A stretch of 64,000 nucleotides of DNA from Syntrophales bacterium (GCA_023230565.1 JALNXD010000015.1:7410-71409); one strand, 5' to 3'. Shown: positions 17,915 to 26,558, counted from the first letter of the stretch. A program made the numbers and translations. The notes: a model not told the origin generated them from the letters alone.

Positions 17915-18238
17915 ATGAATGTGTTAAAATAAGCCCTGGCAATCATCCTAATCCTTACCGGCATAATCTTCGTAAAGGATACCTACTCGGCCGGCCAGTT
18001 CGTTTCCAACTACTTCGCGGCGGGCGACTTTGCAAAAGGCGTGTTTGCGGCAGGTAATTTTTCGGCGGGCGTTTTCGCCGCCGGCACTTTCGCGATAGGG
18101 GCCTTCTCCGCCGGGATTTTCTCCGTCGGCATATTCTCTATCGGATTCTTTTCAATTGGGTTGTTCGGGCTCGGTTTCTTTGTGATAGCACTATACAAAA
18201 AAATCTTCTCCTCCAATGAGATACAGTGGCGCCCCTAA
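17915..18238 (+). pseudogene. Small hydrophobic (A/S)xGxF pentapeptide-repeat membrane protein with in-frame TAA at codon 6
   Basis: GAAAGGAG RBS, then ATG 17915, MNVLK, TAA (17930..17932), then the same frame continues as ALAIILILTGIIFVKD...FAAGDFAKGVFAAGNFSAGVFAAGTFAIGAFSAGIFSVGIFSIGFFSIGLFGLGFF. A single AAA-to-TAA change would explain the stop. Confidence 0.45.
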
Positions 18239-19011
18239 CCGACAAGGCCGGAGCGAGTCTTCGGCTCCAGAGGATCTTCGTTCTGATTGGAGTCCAATCG
18301 TCTTCGTGGCAGCCTGGATGCGAAAGAAAACGTGCAGCCGCTCTACCGGACGCGATATAGCTGCATGACTTCGTCAGCCATATGAACCCCGCACTATCGG
18401 TAGCCATACCCGCTCATAATGAGTAAAAGTACATCGGGAGATACATAGAAAGCATATTCGATTCGGCGCGCCTGTCGATGAGTCGCTTGTCAGCGTTGAT
18501 GACATGGACTTTGCGTTGCGCCTCAAGGCGTACGGCCGGGCCTGCGGAAAACGGTTCGGGACGATCAGGCACGCCGACACGACCTCTTGTCGGAAATTCG
18601 ATCAATTCGGCGACTGGTACCTCTTCCGCAACCCGCGCCTCGTAAGGGAAATCTTCGAGGGCACTAACAGGCGAGCGGCCGACAGCTTTTACTACGACAT
18701 CGAGCGGTGAGATGACAAAACTGCCGAAGTCAGCCGGCAAAGAATCGGCAATCAGATTTATGATTAAATAAAATAAAGTAATTGCAAAAAAGAGCTCTTT
18801 TTGTCATAAATGAGTCCATCCTGCCTAAAAGTTCGGACCCTCGCCGGTAAAGAGGGATAGGCTGTAAGATCATAATGGTGTCCGAACCTCACATACCTCG
18901 ACGACATCGGAAATATAAGAAGCCTTGTGAATTGTCGGCTAATGAGAAACCCGTCATCTCTTAAAGCAGTTGTATATCCAAAAGCGCTGCGAATAGAAAG
19001 GAGAAGGAATA

Positions 19012-19878
19012 ATGGAAATGAGCACCAACTATCCTGCACTTCCTTTAGAATCAGATATTCTTTTTTCGAATCATAAGAATGTGTACAAAAAAGGGATAGA
19101 AAAGCGGCAGAAAAAATTTATTCAGCAAATTTCTTTCCTTAAACCGTTTCTGAAAGAAGATGAAAAAATATTCCTTATAACGACAGGGTGCTCTCCCATG
19201 TCCTTTCTTGAGCAATTTCTGATGGGCTGGATTGTCTACTATCTCAAGAGGTCTCTATTTATTTTCACGAACAGGCGCATTTTTCACATTCCGTCGACAT
19301 TCAACTACAAGTACCGAAATTCGATCGCTCAAATCTTGTATTCCGATTGCAGGAATATAGAAATAAAAGGACGATCCCTTAATATTAAATATAAAAAGGG
19401 AAAAAAGGAAAAATTTTTCTATATTGCCAGAAAAGAAAAGAAAAAGGTGAAGACGTTGCTATCTGCTATTGCATTCGACGGTTCTCCGGGGAAATCGGGC
19501 GGAAGAGTCCATCTCTGCCCGCGTTGTGCCGAAGAATTAGTCCAAGATGAATATACATGTCCGGGATGCCGCCTCGAGTTTAAAAATAAAGCTGCCGCAA
19601 GAAAGATTTCTCTCCTATATCCAGGCGGCGGCTATTTCTACACAGGGCATTGGTGGCTCGGAATTTGTGACGCTTTTAGTGAAGCCATTCTTTTGGTTCT
19701 CGTAATCGTGTCATTGGTCGAAGTCATTCAGGGGGTAGAAGGCGGTATCGAATCGCTTGTGACCTTTGCAATAATATTGACACTTGAAAAGGCTCTTACG
19801 GTATACCACTCCAATCATTTCATAAAAGAGTATATGCCGGCCGCTAAGGAAATAGTTCCGATCCTTGCAACAAAGTAA
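19012..19878 (+). CDS. Hypothetical membrane protein with zinc-ribbon (CPRC...CPGC), possible bacterial PH-like N-domain
   Basis: 288-aa ORF in an AT-rich, Lys-rich stretch. It has two CxxC pairs 16 residues apart and C-terminal TM helices. No confident family assignment. Confidence 0.4.
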   Translation: MEMSTNYPALPLESDILFSNHKNVYKKGIEKRQKKFIQQISFLKPFLKEDEKIFLITTGCSPMSFLEQFLMGWIVYYLKRSLFIFTNRRIFHIPSTFNYKYRNSIAQILYSDCRNIEIKGRSLNIKYKKGKKEKFFYIARKEKKKVKTLLSAIAFDGSPGKSGGRVHLCPRCAEELVQDEYTCPGCRLEFKNKAAARKISLLYPGGGYFYTGHWWLGICDAFSEAILLVLVIVSLVEVIQGVEGGIESLVTFAIILTLEKALTVYHSNHFIKEYMPAAKEIVPILATK

Positions 19879-20187
19879 TTGAAAGGATTTTACAAGTATC
19901 ATCTTTTGACCGCCCCTGCCGGTAAATAAAATCGTCTTATCTTTACCCGGCCACTGGTTCCGCTTTTTCAGTCGTGCCCGGTACCACGTTTTTCATACCC
20001 AAATACACTCTCCCATTTATAGTCTTTCCTGCCGCGACTCATATACAATGTGAACGGTATCGGGAATTGTCCCCCTATAAAATCCAAGGCGAGTGTATCC
20101 TGCGGTTACCTTCTATTAACATTCCCATAATTTTTCTTTATCAAATTTTTCCTTCAGGATCCGTATAGATAAAATTAATCTGAACCC

Positions 20188-20222
20188 GTCCCCGATTTCT
20201 CCCCGATTTCTCCCGATTTCTT
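20188..20222. repeat. Short tandem repeat (CCCCGATTTCT x3, imperfect)
   Basis: Read directly. It lies just 3' of the stop of the truncated LamG paralogue. In an alternate frame it still aligns with the Ig-like domain 7 coding sequence of the long paralogue. Confidence 0.6.
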
Positions 20223-20223
20223 A

Positions 20224-21618
20224 TCAATAGTGCTCAAGGCAGCATTGATCGACGACCTTGCCAGCACGGACGAATTGTCCTTTTGTGAGGACCCGTGGCG
20301 CCGATTTCAGACTGACAAGAGGATGATAATAGGGTGATTCGGGCGGCAGGAAACAATCACTGCCTATTCTGTAAAGAAGATCAAGAGGATCCTGACTTCG
20401 AGCGATACCTTTCGATATGCGAATTTCATCAATATAGCCTTTAAAATAATTCCCACCATCCTGATCTACTCCGATTCTTAGATCACGGTTTCCATAAGAA
20501 TAGTAAGAACAAGTCCATGCGCAGATCTGGTGTATGCATTGTCCATTTACATAAAACCGCCATTGGCATTGCATGCGGGTGCTGTCAAGACGATACAGAC
20601 CTGTACGCTCAACTGCCAGATGTACCATTTCATCATGAGGAAGCGGCCATTTAATACTTTTACTAAAACCTACTCCATATTGCGTAAATATCAGACTGAA
20701 ATTGTAAGGCGCATAGAATGCTCTAATTTCGAATCCATAAGGATAATGCTTGTCTGAACGACTCATAAGACATCTTTCCGAACTACTTTCATCCGACCTA
20801 AACCATAGGTCAATTGTATAATTGAATGCGCCTGGTGAATTTAAGCTGCCGATGAAATCAAAATCAGATGAACAGGGAATTCTCAGGCAATCACCCTCTC
20901 CATCAAAATAAATTGAACTGCATCCGTATCGTGCCTTTGCAGTAGAGTGGTGCACATTGCCGTATCTGTAAATTGGATGTCCCTTTAAATCGGTAATAGT
21001 TGTGCTCCCGTCGACATCATCTGAATGAATGAGAAGCTTCGCATGTGAATCGATGATTGGGCTTGTCACATATACGGTTTCGGTATCCTGACCGGGCGGA
21101 TCCGTATCCGCAGCAGTAATGGTGTAGGTCGTGGTACCTGAGGGGTAAATCAGTGCAGTTCCCTGCGGACTGACTAAAGAGCCCTTCCCCGGTTCGTGCT
21201 CCGGACCTAGAGCAGGATCAGCTGGTTGTATATAGCATAATTCGGAATTTCCGGCATTCCAGCTCAGTCTTGCAGGCCCACCGGTCCGTGCATTGCTGCA
21301 CTTTAAACTCACTGCAGGGATAATTTCGATCTCTACACTCTCAATTGCCGTACCACCAGGACCTCGTGCCGTGATTGTATAAAGAGTCGGCTCTCTTACC
21401 GAAACCGTGCATGAACCACTGATATCTACATCGCCGATTCCAGGCTCTATCGAACAAGATGTCGCATTTGACGCGCTCCAGGTCAGTGTCGCCGACCCGC
21501 CAGGCAAAACAGCTGCCGGATAGGCGCTTATGCTTACCAGGGGCATACTTGCAAAAGAAGAAACAGCAATGCATAGAAGTGTTACTACAACCGGGATACC
21601 GAAAACCTTTTTTTTCAT
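20224..21618 (-). CDS. Secreted Ig-like x2 + LamG/ConA-like protein, truncated paralogue of the 1,442-aa surface protein
   Basis: Signal peptide MKKKVFGIPVVVTLLCIAVSSFA and two Ig-like repeats (SATLTWSASNATSCSIEPGIG...TLYTITARGPGGTA). LamG motifs are LIHSDDVDGSTT, FNYTIDLWFRSDE and GYIDEIRISKGIARS. It aligns with residues ~350-770 of ORF 34773..39146 at roughly two-thirds identity by eye. The frame is lost near 20275. Confidence 0.75.
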   Translation of the reverse strand: MKKKVFGIPVVVTLLCIAVSSFASMPLVSISAYPAAVLPGGSATLTWSASNATSCSIEPGIGDVDISGSCTVSVREPTLYTITARGPGGTAIESVEIEIIPAVSLKCSNARTGGPARLSWNAGNSELCYIQPADPALGPEHEPGKGSLVSPQGTALIYPSGTTTYTITAADTDPPGQDTETVYVTSPIIDSHAKLLIHSDDVDGSTTITDLKGHPIYRYGNVHHSTAKARYGCSSIYFDGEGDCLRIPCSSDFDFIGSLNSPGAFNYTIDLWFRSDESSSERCLMSRSDKHYPYGFEIRAFYAPYNFSLIFTQYGVGFSKSIKWPLPHDEMVHLAVERTGLYRLDSTRMQCQWRFYVNGQCIHQICAWTCSYYSYGNRDLRIGVDQDGGNYFKGYIDEIRISKGIARSQDPLDLLYRIGSDCFLPPESPYYHPLVSLKSAPRVLTKGQFVRAGKVVDQCCLEHY

Positions 21619-21834
21619 AATGTCTCCCTTCATTAATAACAATTAAGAATCGTTTCTGCCTGCAGAATCGGATCAGAGCCGCCTCTTCTTCATAATGCCT
21701 CATGGCATTTCAAATTCTTCTCACAGATAATGCAGTGTCGATAATTTCAGCCCACTGGGGGAAGCGGACAATACGCGCCTGCAATCCCTTTCGATCATCA
21801 CCAACAAAAACAAGGGCTCTGCGCAGCGTTTCAC

Positions 21835-22025
21835 AAACAAAAAATGAAATAAGGAGGATTAAGTGAAGAATACTTCGAAGTTTAAGTCGCAGAAGCAATC
21901 TTTAAAAAAAGCAGGATCGAAAACTCCTGGGATTGAAGATCGCTTTATCGTTAGAAACCAGTATATTCATATAAGTCAATTGTCAAGATAAATTACACTG
22001 CAGAAACAGGAATTTCCTATCTCGA
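21835..22025 (-). promoter_or_regulatory. Conserved ~190-bp upstream element, copy A (promoter/5' leader of the short LamG gene)
   Basis: It aligns with 39385..39600 at clearly higher identity than the flanking non-coding DNA. Shared blocks in gene sense are GGAAATTCCTGTTTC, TTGACA, the inverted repeat GCRATCTT...AAGATTGC, and ATTCTTCAC..AATCCTCC. Confidence 0.55.
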
Positions 22026-22061
22026 AGAAGGAAATGAAATTATAAATATGGGCCGCCGCCG

Positions 22062-22375
22062 TCAGGCCGAACATGGAGAACTGCTATGAAGCGTTTCAAT
22101 AACACTTCGCAGGGTAATGGGATCGAAGTCGCGTTCCACTTCGATGGAAAGCAGCGGCCCCATCTAGATGCGAATGCCAGCATACTCGGCTTCCGAGGAG
22201 GCAAGTTCGATAAACCCATGTTGTCCTTGCGGTTCACTGAGTTTTCGGCGCCACGAGTAGAAACTTGCGGTATTGATCTGATGCATCCGAACCAGGGCAA
22301 CCTACTCATCCCGTTTGCCGCCTGCCACTCTACGATGGCCGACCAGTGGGCGGTGCGCTCTTATTGTGTCATGTG
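22062..22375 (-). pseudogene. IS66-family accessory TnpA (orf1)-like remnant, frameshifted with an in-frame stop
   Basis: The minus strand reads RTAHWSAIVEWQAANGMS, then (after a frame change) VALVRMHQINTASFYSWRRKLSEPQGQHGFIELASSEAEYAGIRI, a stop, then MGPLLSIEVERDFDPITLRSVIETLHS. This fits the IS66 orf1 pattern (W..I..W..SG.S; FYxWRRKL; FxEL; final ...L..V...L). Confidence 0.45.
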
Positions 22376-22541
22376 TCATCCTCCAGCTATGAAAATTGGT
22401 TCATGGCTGGAGGGTATAATCGGAATCGCTTCTAAGGGAAAGATGACTTGGTGGTGCGGTTACTGACAACAGTCATTTCCCAATCTGAAGATTTTTAGAA
22501 GTGCAATTTTGTACCCAAAACTGAAGTTCTCCGGTCGGTCC

Positions 22542-23603
22542 CTATTCCGTCCAATCAGGATAGCTATCCGTAGACCATACTTTTCCTACATTGGTGGCGG
22601 GCAATACCAAAGACTCGTCGCTTCCATCCACATTTATTACAAAAAGTTCGGAATAGGCAAAGGGAAGGCCCTGTCGAAATCCCGTATAACAGATCTGCTT
22701 CCCATCAGGGGACCAGCACATCGCTCCTTTAGGAAAGTTACTTTCCGTCACTCTCATGATTTTGCCACTTTTAACCTCCTGTACATAGATTTGATTAAAT
22801 TTATCTCCTGAATTAAATGTAAGGAAAGCAATGAAGCAGCCATCTGGTGATAATGTGGGATATTGTTCTCCTGATACACCGTTTGTAAGCTGAATAATTT
22901 GGGGGTCATCTCCGTTTGCAATAGAATAAATATGTAGCTTTTTTCCTATTAAAGACATACCTTTCACCCAGCCAAATATTAAATTTTGCCCTTCCGGGGT
23001 AAAAGGTGATGGCCCAATGTATAAGGTGTGCCCGGCATGACTGTCATCGAGAATTCTTTTTAAACCCGTGCCGTCTCTATTTATTAAAAAAAGGCTCTCT
23101 ACAAGATCGACATGCATTCCCATATTCGATGCAAAAACTATTTTGTTACCATCCAGGCTGAAGGCAGGATAAGATAGTGTGTCTTTCGTCTTCAATATCT
23201 CTCGAACGAATGAACCTTCTTTATCAAGGATAGTAATGGTTTTGTAATTAGAATAAGGTATGACAGTCTTACAGACAATATATTCCCCATCAGGGGACCA
23301 CCGAGCACTGATGACATTTTCACGCAAGCGCTTTAATTTGCCTTGATTCAGCAGGTAAAGTTTCCTACTACTATCCTTCCCCTCTTCAATCCGATCGGAT
23401 ATGAAAAGGATTTTACCTTTCACAGGTGTCACTTTGTTGATCTCCATTCTCAAAGTTCCCTTTATTTTATCAAGGAAACTATTTTGGGCAAATGCATTTC
23501 CAAAAAACAAGAAGAGTATGCATAATGCGCTGAGCAAATACCGCAGAATTGTCGTCAGTTTTTGTTTATGGTTCAAAATCGACTCCCCATATATTCCGAG
23601 CAT
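22542..23603 (-). CDS. Periplasmic TolB-like beta-propeller (PD40 repeats); candidate immunity protein for the orphan toxin upstream
   Basis: N-terminal signal/anchor (LLSALCILFLFFGNAFA). Repeated SPDG motifs (ARWSPDGEYIV, AFSLDGNKIVF, TLSPDGCFIAF, CWSPDGKQICY). The start overlaps the last 38 nt of the toxin ORF. Confidence 0.6.
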   Translation of the reverse strand: MLGIYGESILNHKQKLTTILRYLLSALCILFLFFGNAFAQNSFLDKIKGTLRMEINKVTPVKGKILFISDRIEEGKDSSRKLYLLNQGKLKRLRENVISARWSPDGEYIVCKTVIPYSNYKTITILDKEGSFVREILKTKDTLSYPAFSLDGNKIVFASNMGMHVDLVESLFLINRDGTGLKRILDDSHAGHTLYIGPSPFTPEGQNLIFGWVKGMSLIGKKLHIYSIANGDDPQIIQLTNGVSGEQYPTLSPDGCFIAFLTFNSGDKFNQIYVQEVKSGKIMRVTESNFPKGAMCWSPDGKQICYTGFRQGLPFAYSELFVINVDGSDESLVLPATNVGKVWSTDSYPDWTE

Positions 23604-25062
23604 CGTAAAGATCGGCAGGTGAAATACGAACGTCTCTTTCTACACCCGGCAATAAATAACCAATGTTACTAAATGTATGCCATTGTAATTCACTGCAGAT
23701 AGCTCCATGATTAAGCGATTGGTTAAACAAGCCAAAAAGACCCCAGATATTATATCTTAATCCCGCAGGACTTAAGATGAGTTCACTTTGAATCCCCGCA
23801 GCTTCTTTGCCACCCAAAAGAGGCCTCACCCAAAATATATCATCATACCTTTTTGCAAAATCAGAAACATTAACGAATTGTCCTCCAGCACTGCCATAGG
23901 ATTCTGACAGACTATTATCTCCTTGATACATTCCTACATGATTAACAGTGCTTGTCGTCGCCCACTTTATCATAAGCGAAATAAATTCACGACCACTTCC
24001 GAAGAGTAGATCGCCTGGTTCACCATATATTTCCAGACCTATTAGAATTTTTTGTTTATGTGCTTCGATGACGGCTCCCGATCTCCGTCTTTCACCAATC
24101 AGAAGATGGAATAGTTTATTGATAACCGAGCCTTCATCATCCATAACAATCCAAGAGTTATACATACCATCGGCACTCGCAGCCTCTTCTGAAGGTGCAT
24201 AGCAGGGATCGTACAGCTGCCATAAACTCTTAAACATTTCCGGACCTTTATATATTTCACCCATCATGTTTGTGGTAAAATCGGTCGGATCAAATTTTCC
24301 ACTTACTGCCGTCAACCCCTCCGGATCAAGATACCGCAAGGGATTGTTCCTCACATAGGCGTAGAGGTTCAATCCATCCACGTAGCCTGCCGGATCGCAC
24401 TGCATGAAGCGGCCCAGTTTTGCAGAGTACATGCGGCTCCGGTAGTACCAGAGGCCCGATTCGCCATCCCAACGCCTGCCTGTGTAGCCGTAGGGGTTAT
24501 CGACTGTACTTTCACCGATCATAACTCCCTGGCCGTCCAAGATCGTCATCAGGCCGAAGGCGGTGTATTCGTAGGTCTCGACGATGTTCCCGTTCTCGTC
24601 AGTCAGGGCCGTCATACTGTACTGCCGGTCTTTGAGGTAGTAATATCGATTTCCGGCATCGTCTTCCATCATGATCGGGTCGTCGATGTAGAGGCCATAG
24701 ACGAAAGACCGCTGGAATTGGCTGTCTTCGTACTCTTCGATCACCTGGCCGCCATCGTAAATATAGGCAGTCGTGTGACCCCCATATGATTTTGTAACCC
24801 GCCTGTTCAGTGCATCGTACGTATATGTCGCAATAACAGATCCTGACAAGCCCTTGACCGCAACCAGCCGATTCGCCCAGTCATACTCGTATCGTTTGGA
24901 CGCATCACGCGTCATGTTACCCCTGTCGTCATAGCTCGGTTCGAAGCCTGCAATGTTTGTATATTCGTTCACTCCATTTGCCGTGCGCGATTCCTGATTT
25001 CCGTTCTGATTCGTGTATGTCCAGTTCCCCTCAGGATCATGCTGCCACTGAATCGTATCCAT
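23566..25062 (-). CDS. Orphan Rhs C-terminal cassette: last ~250 aa of Rhs core + DPxGL + 248-aa permuted papain-like (YiiX/C92, NlpC/P60-superfamily) toxin domain
   Basis: Residues 1-250 are ~90% identical by eye to the end of the main Rhs core, up to PLRYLDPEGL. Similarity ends there. The tip has GEPGDLLFGSG...STVNHVGMYQG followed later by AICSELQW, which is the His-before-Cys order of permuted papain-fold amidases. Confidence 0.75.
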   Translation of the reverse strand: MDTIQWQHDPEGNWTYTNQNGNQESRTANGVNEYTNIAGFEPSYDDRGNMTRDASKRYEYDWANRLVAVKGLSGSVIATYTYDALNRRVTKSYGGHTTAYIYDGGQVIEEYEDSQFQRSFVYGLYIDDPIMMEDDAGNRYYYLKDRQYSMTALTDENGNIVETYEYTAFGLMTILDGQGVMIGESTVDNPYGYTGRRWDGESGLWYYRSRMYSAKLGRFMQCDPAGYVDGLNLYAYVRNNPLRYLDPEGLTAVSGKFDPTDFTTNMMGEIYKGPEMFKSLWQLYDPCYAPSEEAASADGMYNSWIVMDDEGSVINKLFHLLIGERRRSGAVIEAHKQKILIGLEIYGEPGDLLFGSGREFISLMIKWATTSTVNHVGMYQGDNSLSESYGSAGGQFVNVSDFAKRYDDIFWVRPLLGGKEAAGIQSELILSPAGLRYNIWGLFGLFNQSLNHGAICSELQWHTFSNIGYLLPGVERDVRISPADLYDARNIWGVDFEP

Positions 25063-25121
25063 CGTACCTTGCTGTTCAATGATCAGACGGTTTAAATCGT
25101 CATATTCATATTGCTTTTCAA

Positions 25122-25964
25122 TTAGTTCTGACGTGAGAGAAGGTAAGGTAAGGTAGTAATGGCGCGTTCAATAGTTTCTGAAAATATGTTGCCTCTTCCA
25201 GTATAGTCTGTTTCCATGGCATAAAGGGTGGTATTGTTAATGTCCGTATAGATCCGATTCCCTTCCATACCACAATCATTATAAGAAAGGCTTTTTTCTA
25301 TCCCATTGCCCAATGTCATGGCGGCAACGCGGCCGTTCAGGTTGTAGGTAAAGTCGGCAATACTGACTTCGGACTGATCCTTGATCGAATCGGGAAGGTT
25401 AAGGCCGTTGTATGTGCGGTGAACCACAAATCCTCCCGTATCGGGGTATACGAGGTCTTCCGGATTCCCGTTCGTATCATAAAATTTTTCAACCCGTTTC
25501 CCGTCCTGCATCTCAGCCGTCACTTCATTGAATGCGTTGTACTCGAATAACACGGAATGCGTTGCATTGCCTTCATTGTAATCATCGGCAACAATCATTC
25601 TGGAAAGCGAATCGTATTCAAAATGCCGGACTTCCTGATTATTCGCATATACATCCGTAAGTCGATTCATATCGTCATACCATTTAGTTATCATGCTCCC
25701 GTCGGGACGTGTTTCCTGAACTATATTACCTGCCTCATCATAGTCGTACGTTGTCACATCGCCTGCCGCATCTTCCACGCCCACGGGACGGTTCAGGGCG
25801 TCGTAATAGGTGCGCGTCTCATTGCCCCGGAGATCTATCACGGCGGTTACGTTGCCATTCGCATCGTAGCGCCATGCCGTTGTGTGTTCCAATGCATCGA
25901 CGGTCCTGATACGGCGTTTGGCCATATGTAAAAATGTTTTATCACTCTCCCTTGTTAGTGTCAT
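25122..25964 (-). pseudogene. 5' portion of the same orphan Rhs cassette (YD repeats), separated from 23566..25062 by a frameshift
   Basis: AKRRIRTVDALEHTTAWRYDANGN...YYDALNRPVGVEDAAGDVTTYDYDEAGNIVQETRPDG is near-identical to main Rhs residues around KRRIKTIDALEQ. Reading ~25063..25140 in another frame restores LIEKQYEYDDLNRLIIEQQGTMDTIQWQ. Confidence 0.75.
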
Positions 25965-26166
25965 TTGTCTCGACGATAAGATGAAAATGGTTGTTCATGA
26001 GGACGTAGCCATGAAGTGACACGTCGAAGTTTTTCAGGCTTGCACCAAGAATATCGAGAAATTTGTAGCGATCAACATCATCCTGAAAGATGAGCCTGCG
26101 CTCATTTCCCCGGCAGGTTACATGATAAAAGGCACCGGGGTATTCTATGCGAATCGCTCGTGCCAT
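25942..26166 (-). pseudogene. Y1 (HUH) transposase fragment, IS200-like/REP-associated type, N-terminal 74 aa only
   Basis: MARAIRIEYPGAFYHVTCRGNERRLIF...NNHFHLIVET carries the HUH motif. The catalytic Tyr region is absent. The 3' end is cut by the start of the orphan Rhs cassette. Confidence 0.65.
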
Positions 26167-26216
26167 AGTGTCCGTATATACACCCCCTTCTCAGTCAATA
26201 GACAACGACTGTCCCC

Positions 26217-26462
26217 TTACTGACTCCTTTCATTAGCTGCCAGGCTGCCTTCCTCAATGCCGGGATCGACAATGAGGTGAATATGATTCGTCATCAGGCA
26301 ATAGGCATAAACCCGGCAGCCCAGCTTCTCTTTCCATTCCCCCAGATTGTCAAGGTAATACAAATAGTCGTCGTCGGAAACAAAGACAACCTGCCTGTTG
26401 TGCCCTCGCTGTATTATGTGGTGTGGGTATCCGCTTATGACAATACGGGATTTTCTGGACAT
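26217..26462 (-). pseudogene. Second Y1 (HUH) transposase fragment, N-terminal 81 aa only
   Basis: SGYPHHIIQRGHNRQVVF...TNHIHLIVDPG carries the HUH motif. It is a divergent paralogue of the neighbouring fragment and is truncated before the Tyr motif. Confidence 0.65.
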
Positions 26463-26510
26463 GGCACCTTCATTATCACAGCAACTTCTATTTCTAAGAA
26501 TAAATAAATC

Positions 26511-26558
26511 TGTCCCCTTTTACTCTCCCTTTTACTCTCCTGTCCCCTTTTACTCTCC
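26511..26558. repeat. Tandem repeat TGTCCCCTTTTACTCTCC / CTTTTACTCTCC / TGTCCCCTTTTACTCTCC
   Basis: Read directly. A related single copy TGTCCCCTTACTGACTCC is at 26210..26227. Each lies ~45 bp upstream (gene sense) of one Y1 fragment start. Confidence 0.7.

Noticed and set aside
17383-17964. 193-aa minus-strand ORF covering the OsmC-like locus
   Set aside because: It competes with the plus-strand OsmC-like reading, which has an RBS, family motifs and a SECIS-like hairpin. The minus product has no recognisable features.
18414-18740. 108-aa minus-strand ORF and overlapping plus-strand ORF 18504..18710 in the junk region left of the island
   Set aside because: I could not recognise a family, RBS or motif for either strand. 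It is probably another gene fragment, and there is not enough evidence to annotate it.
21863-21991. Small basic plus-strand ORF with a strong SD: GTG 21863, MKNTSKFKSQKQSLKK..., 42 aa. Its paralogue at 39424..39495 reads MKNAMKFRSRKQSSGKRK..., 23 aa. Both are divergent from the LamG genes
   Set aside because: K/R-conservative changes and the AGGAGG-N-GTG context make this tempting. However, the two ORFs differ in length (42 versus 23 aa), and nucleotide conservation continues well past the shorter stop. The one compensatory change fits a minus-sense RNA. It is kept only as an alternative explanation in the leader finding, not called as a gene.
26511-26558. Possible CRISPR array or REP cluster, considered for the tandem repeats here and at 52485..52556 and 20188..20222
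   Set aside because: The units are 11-18 bp, directly abutting with no unique spacers, and there are only 3-4 copies. No cas genes are present. The 20188..20222 repeat turns out to be decayed coding sequence of the truncated LamG paralogue, so the idea of one shared breakpoint motif (GGGGAC) across all three sites was dropped.
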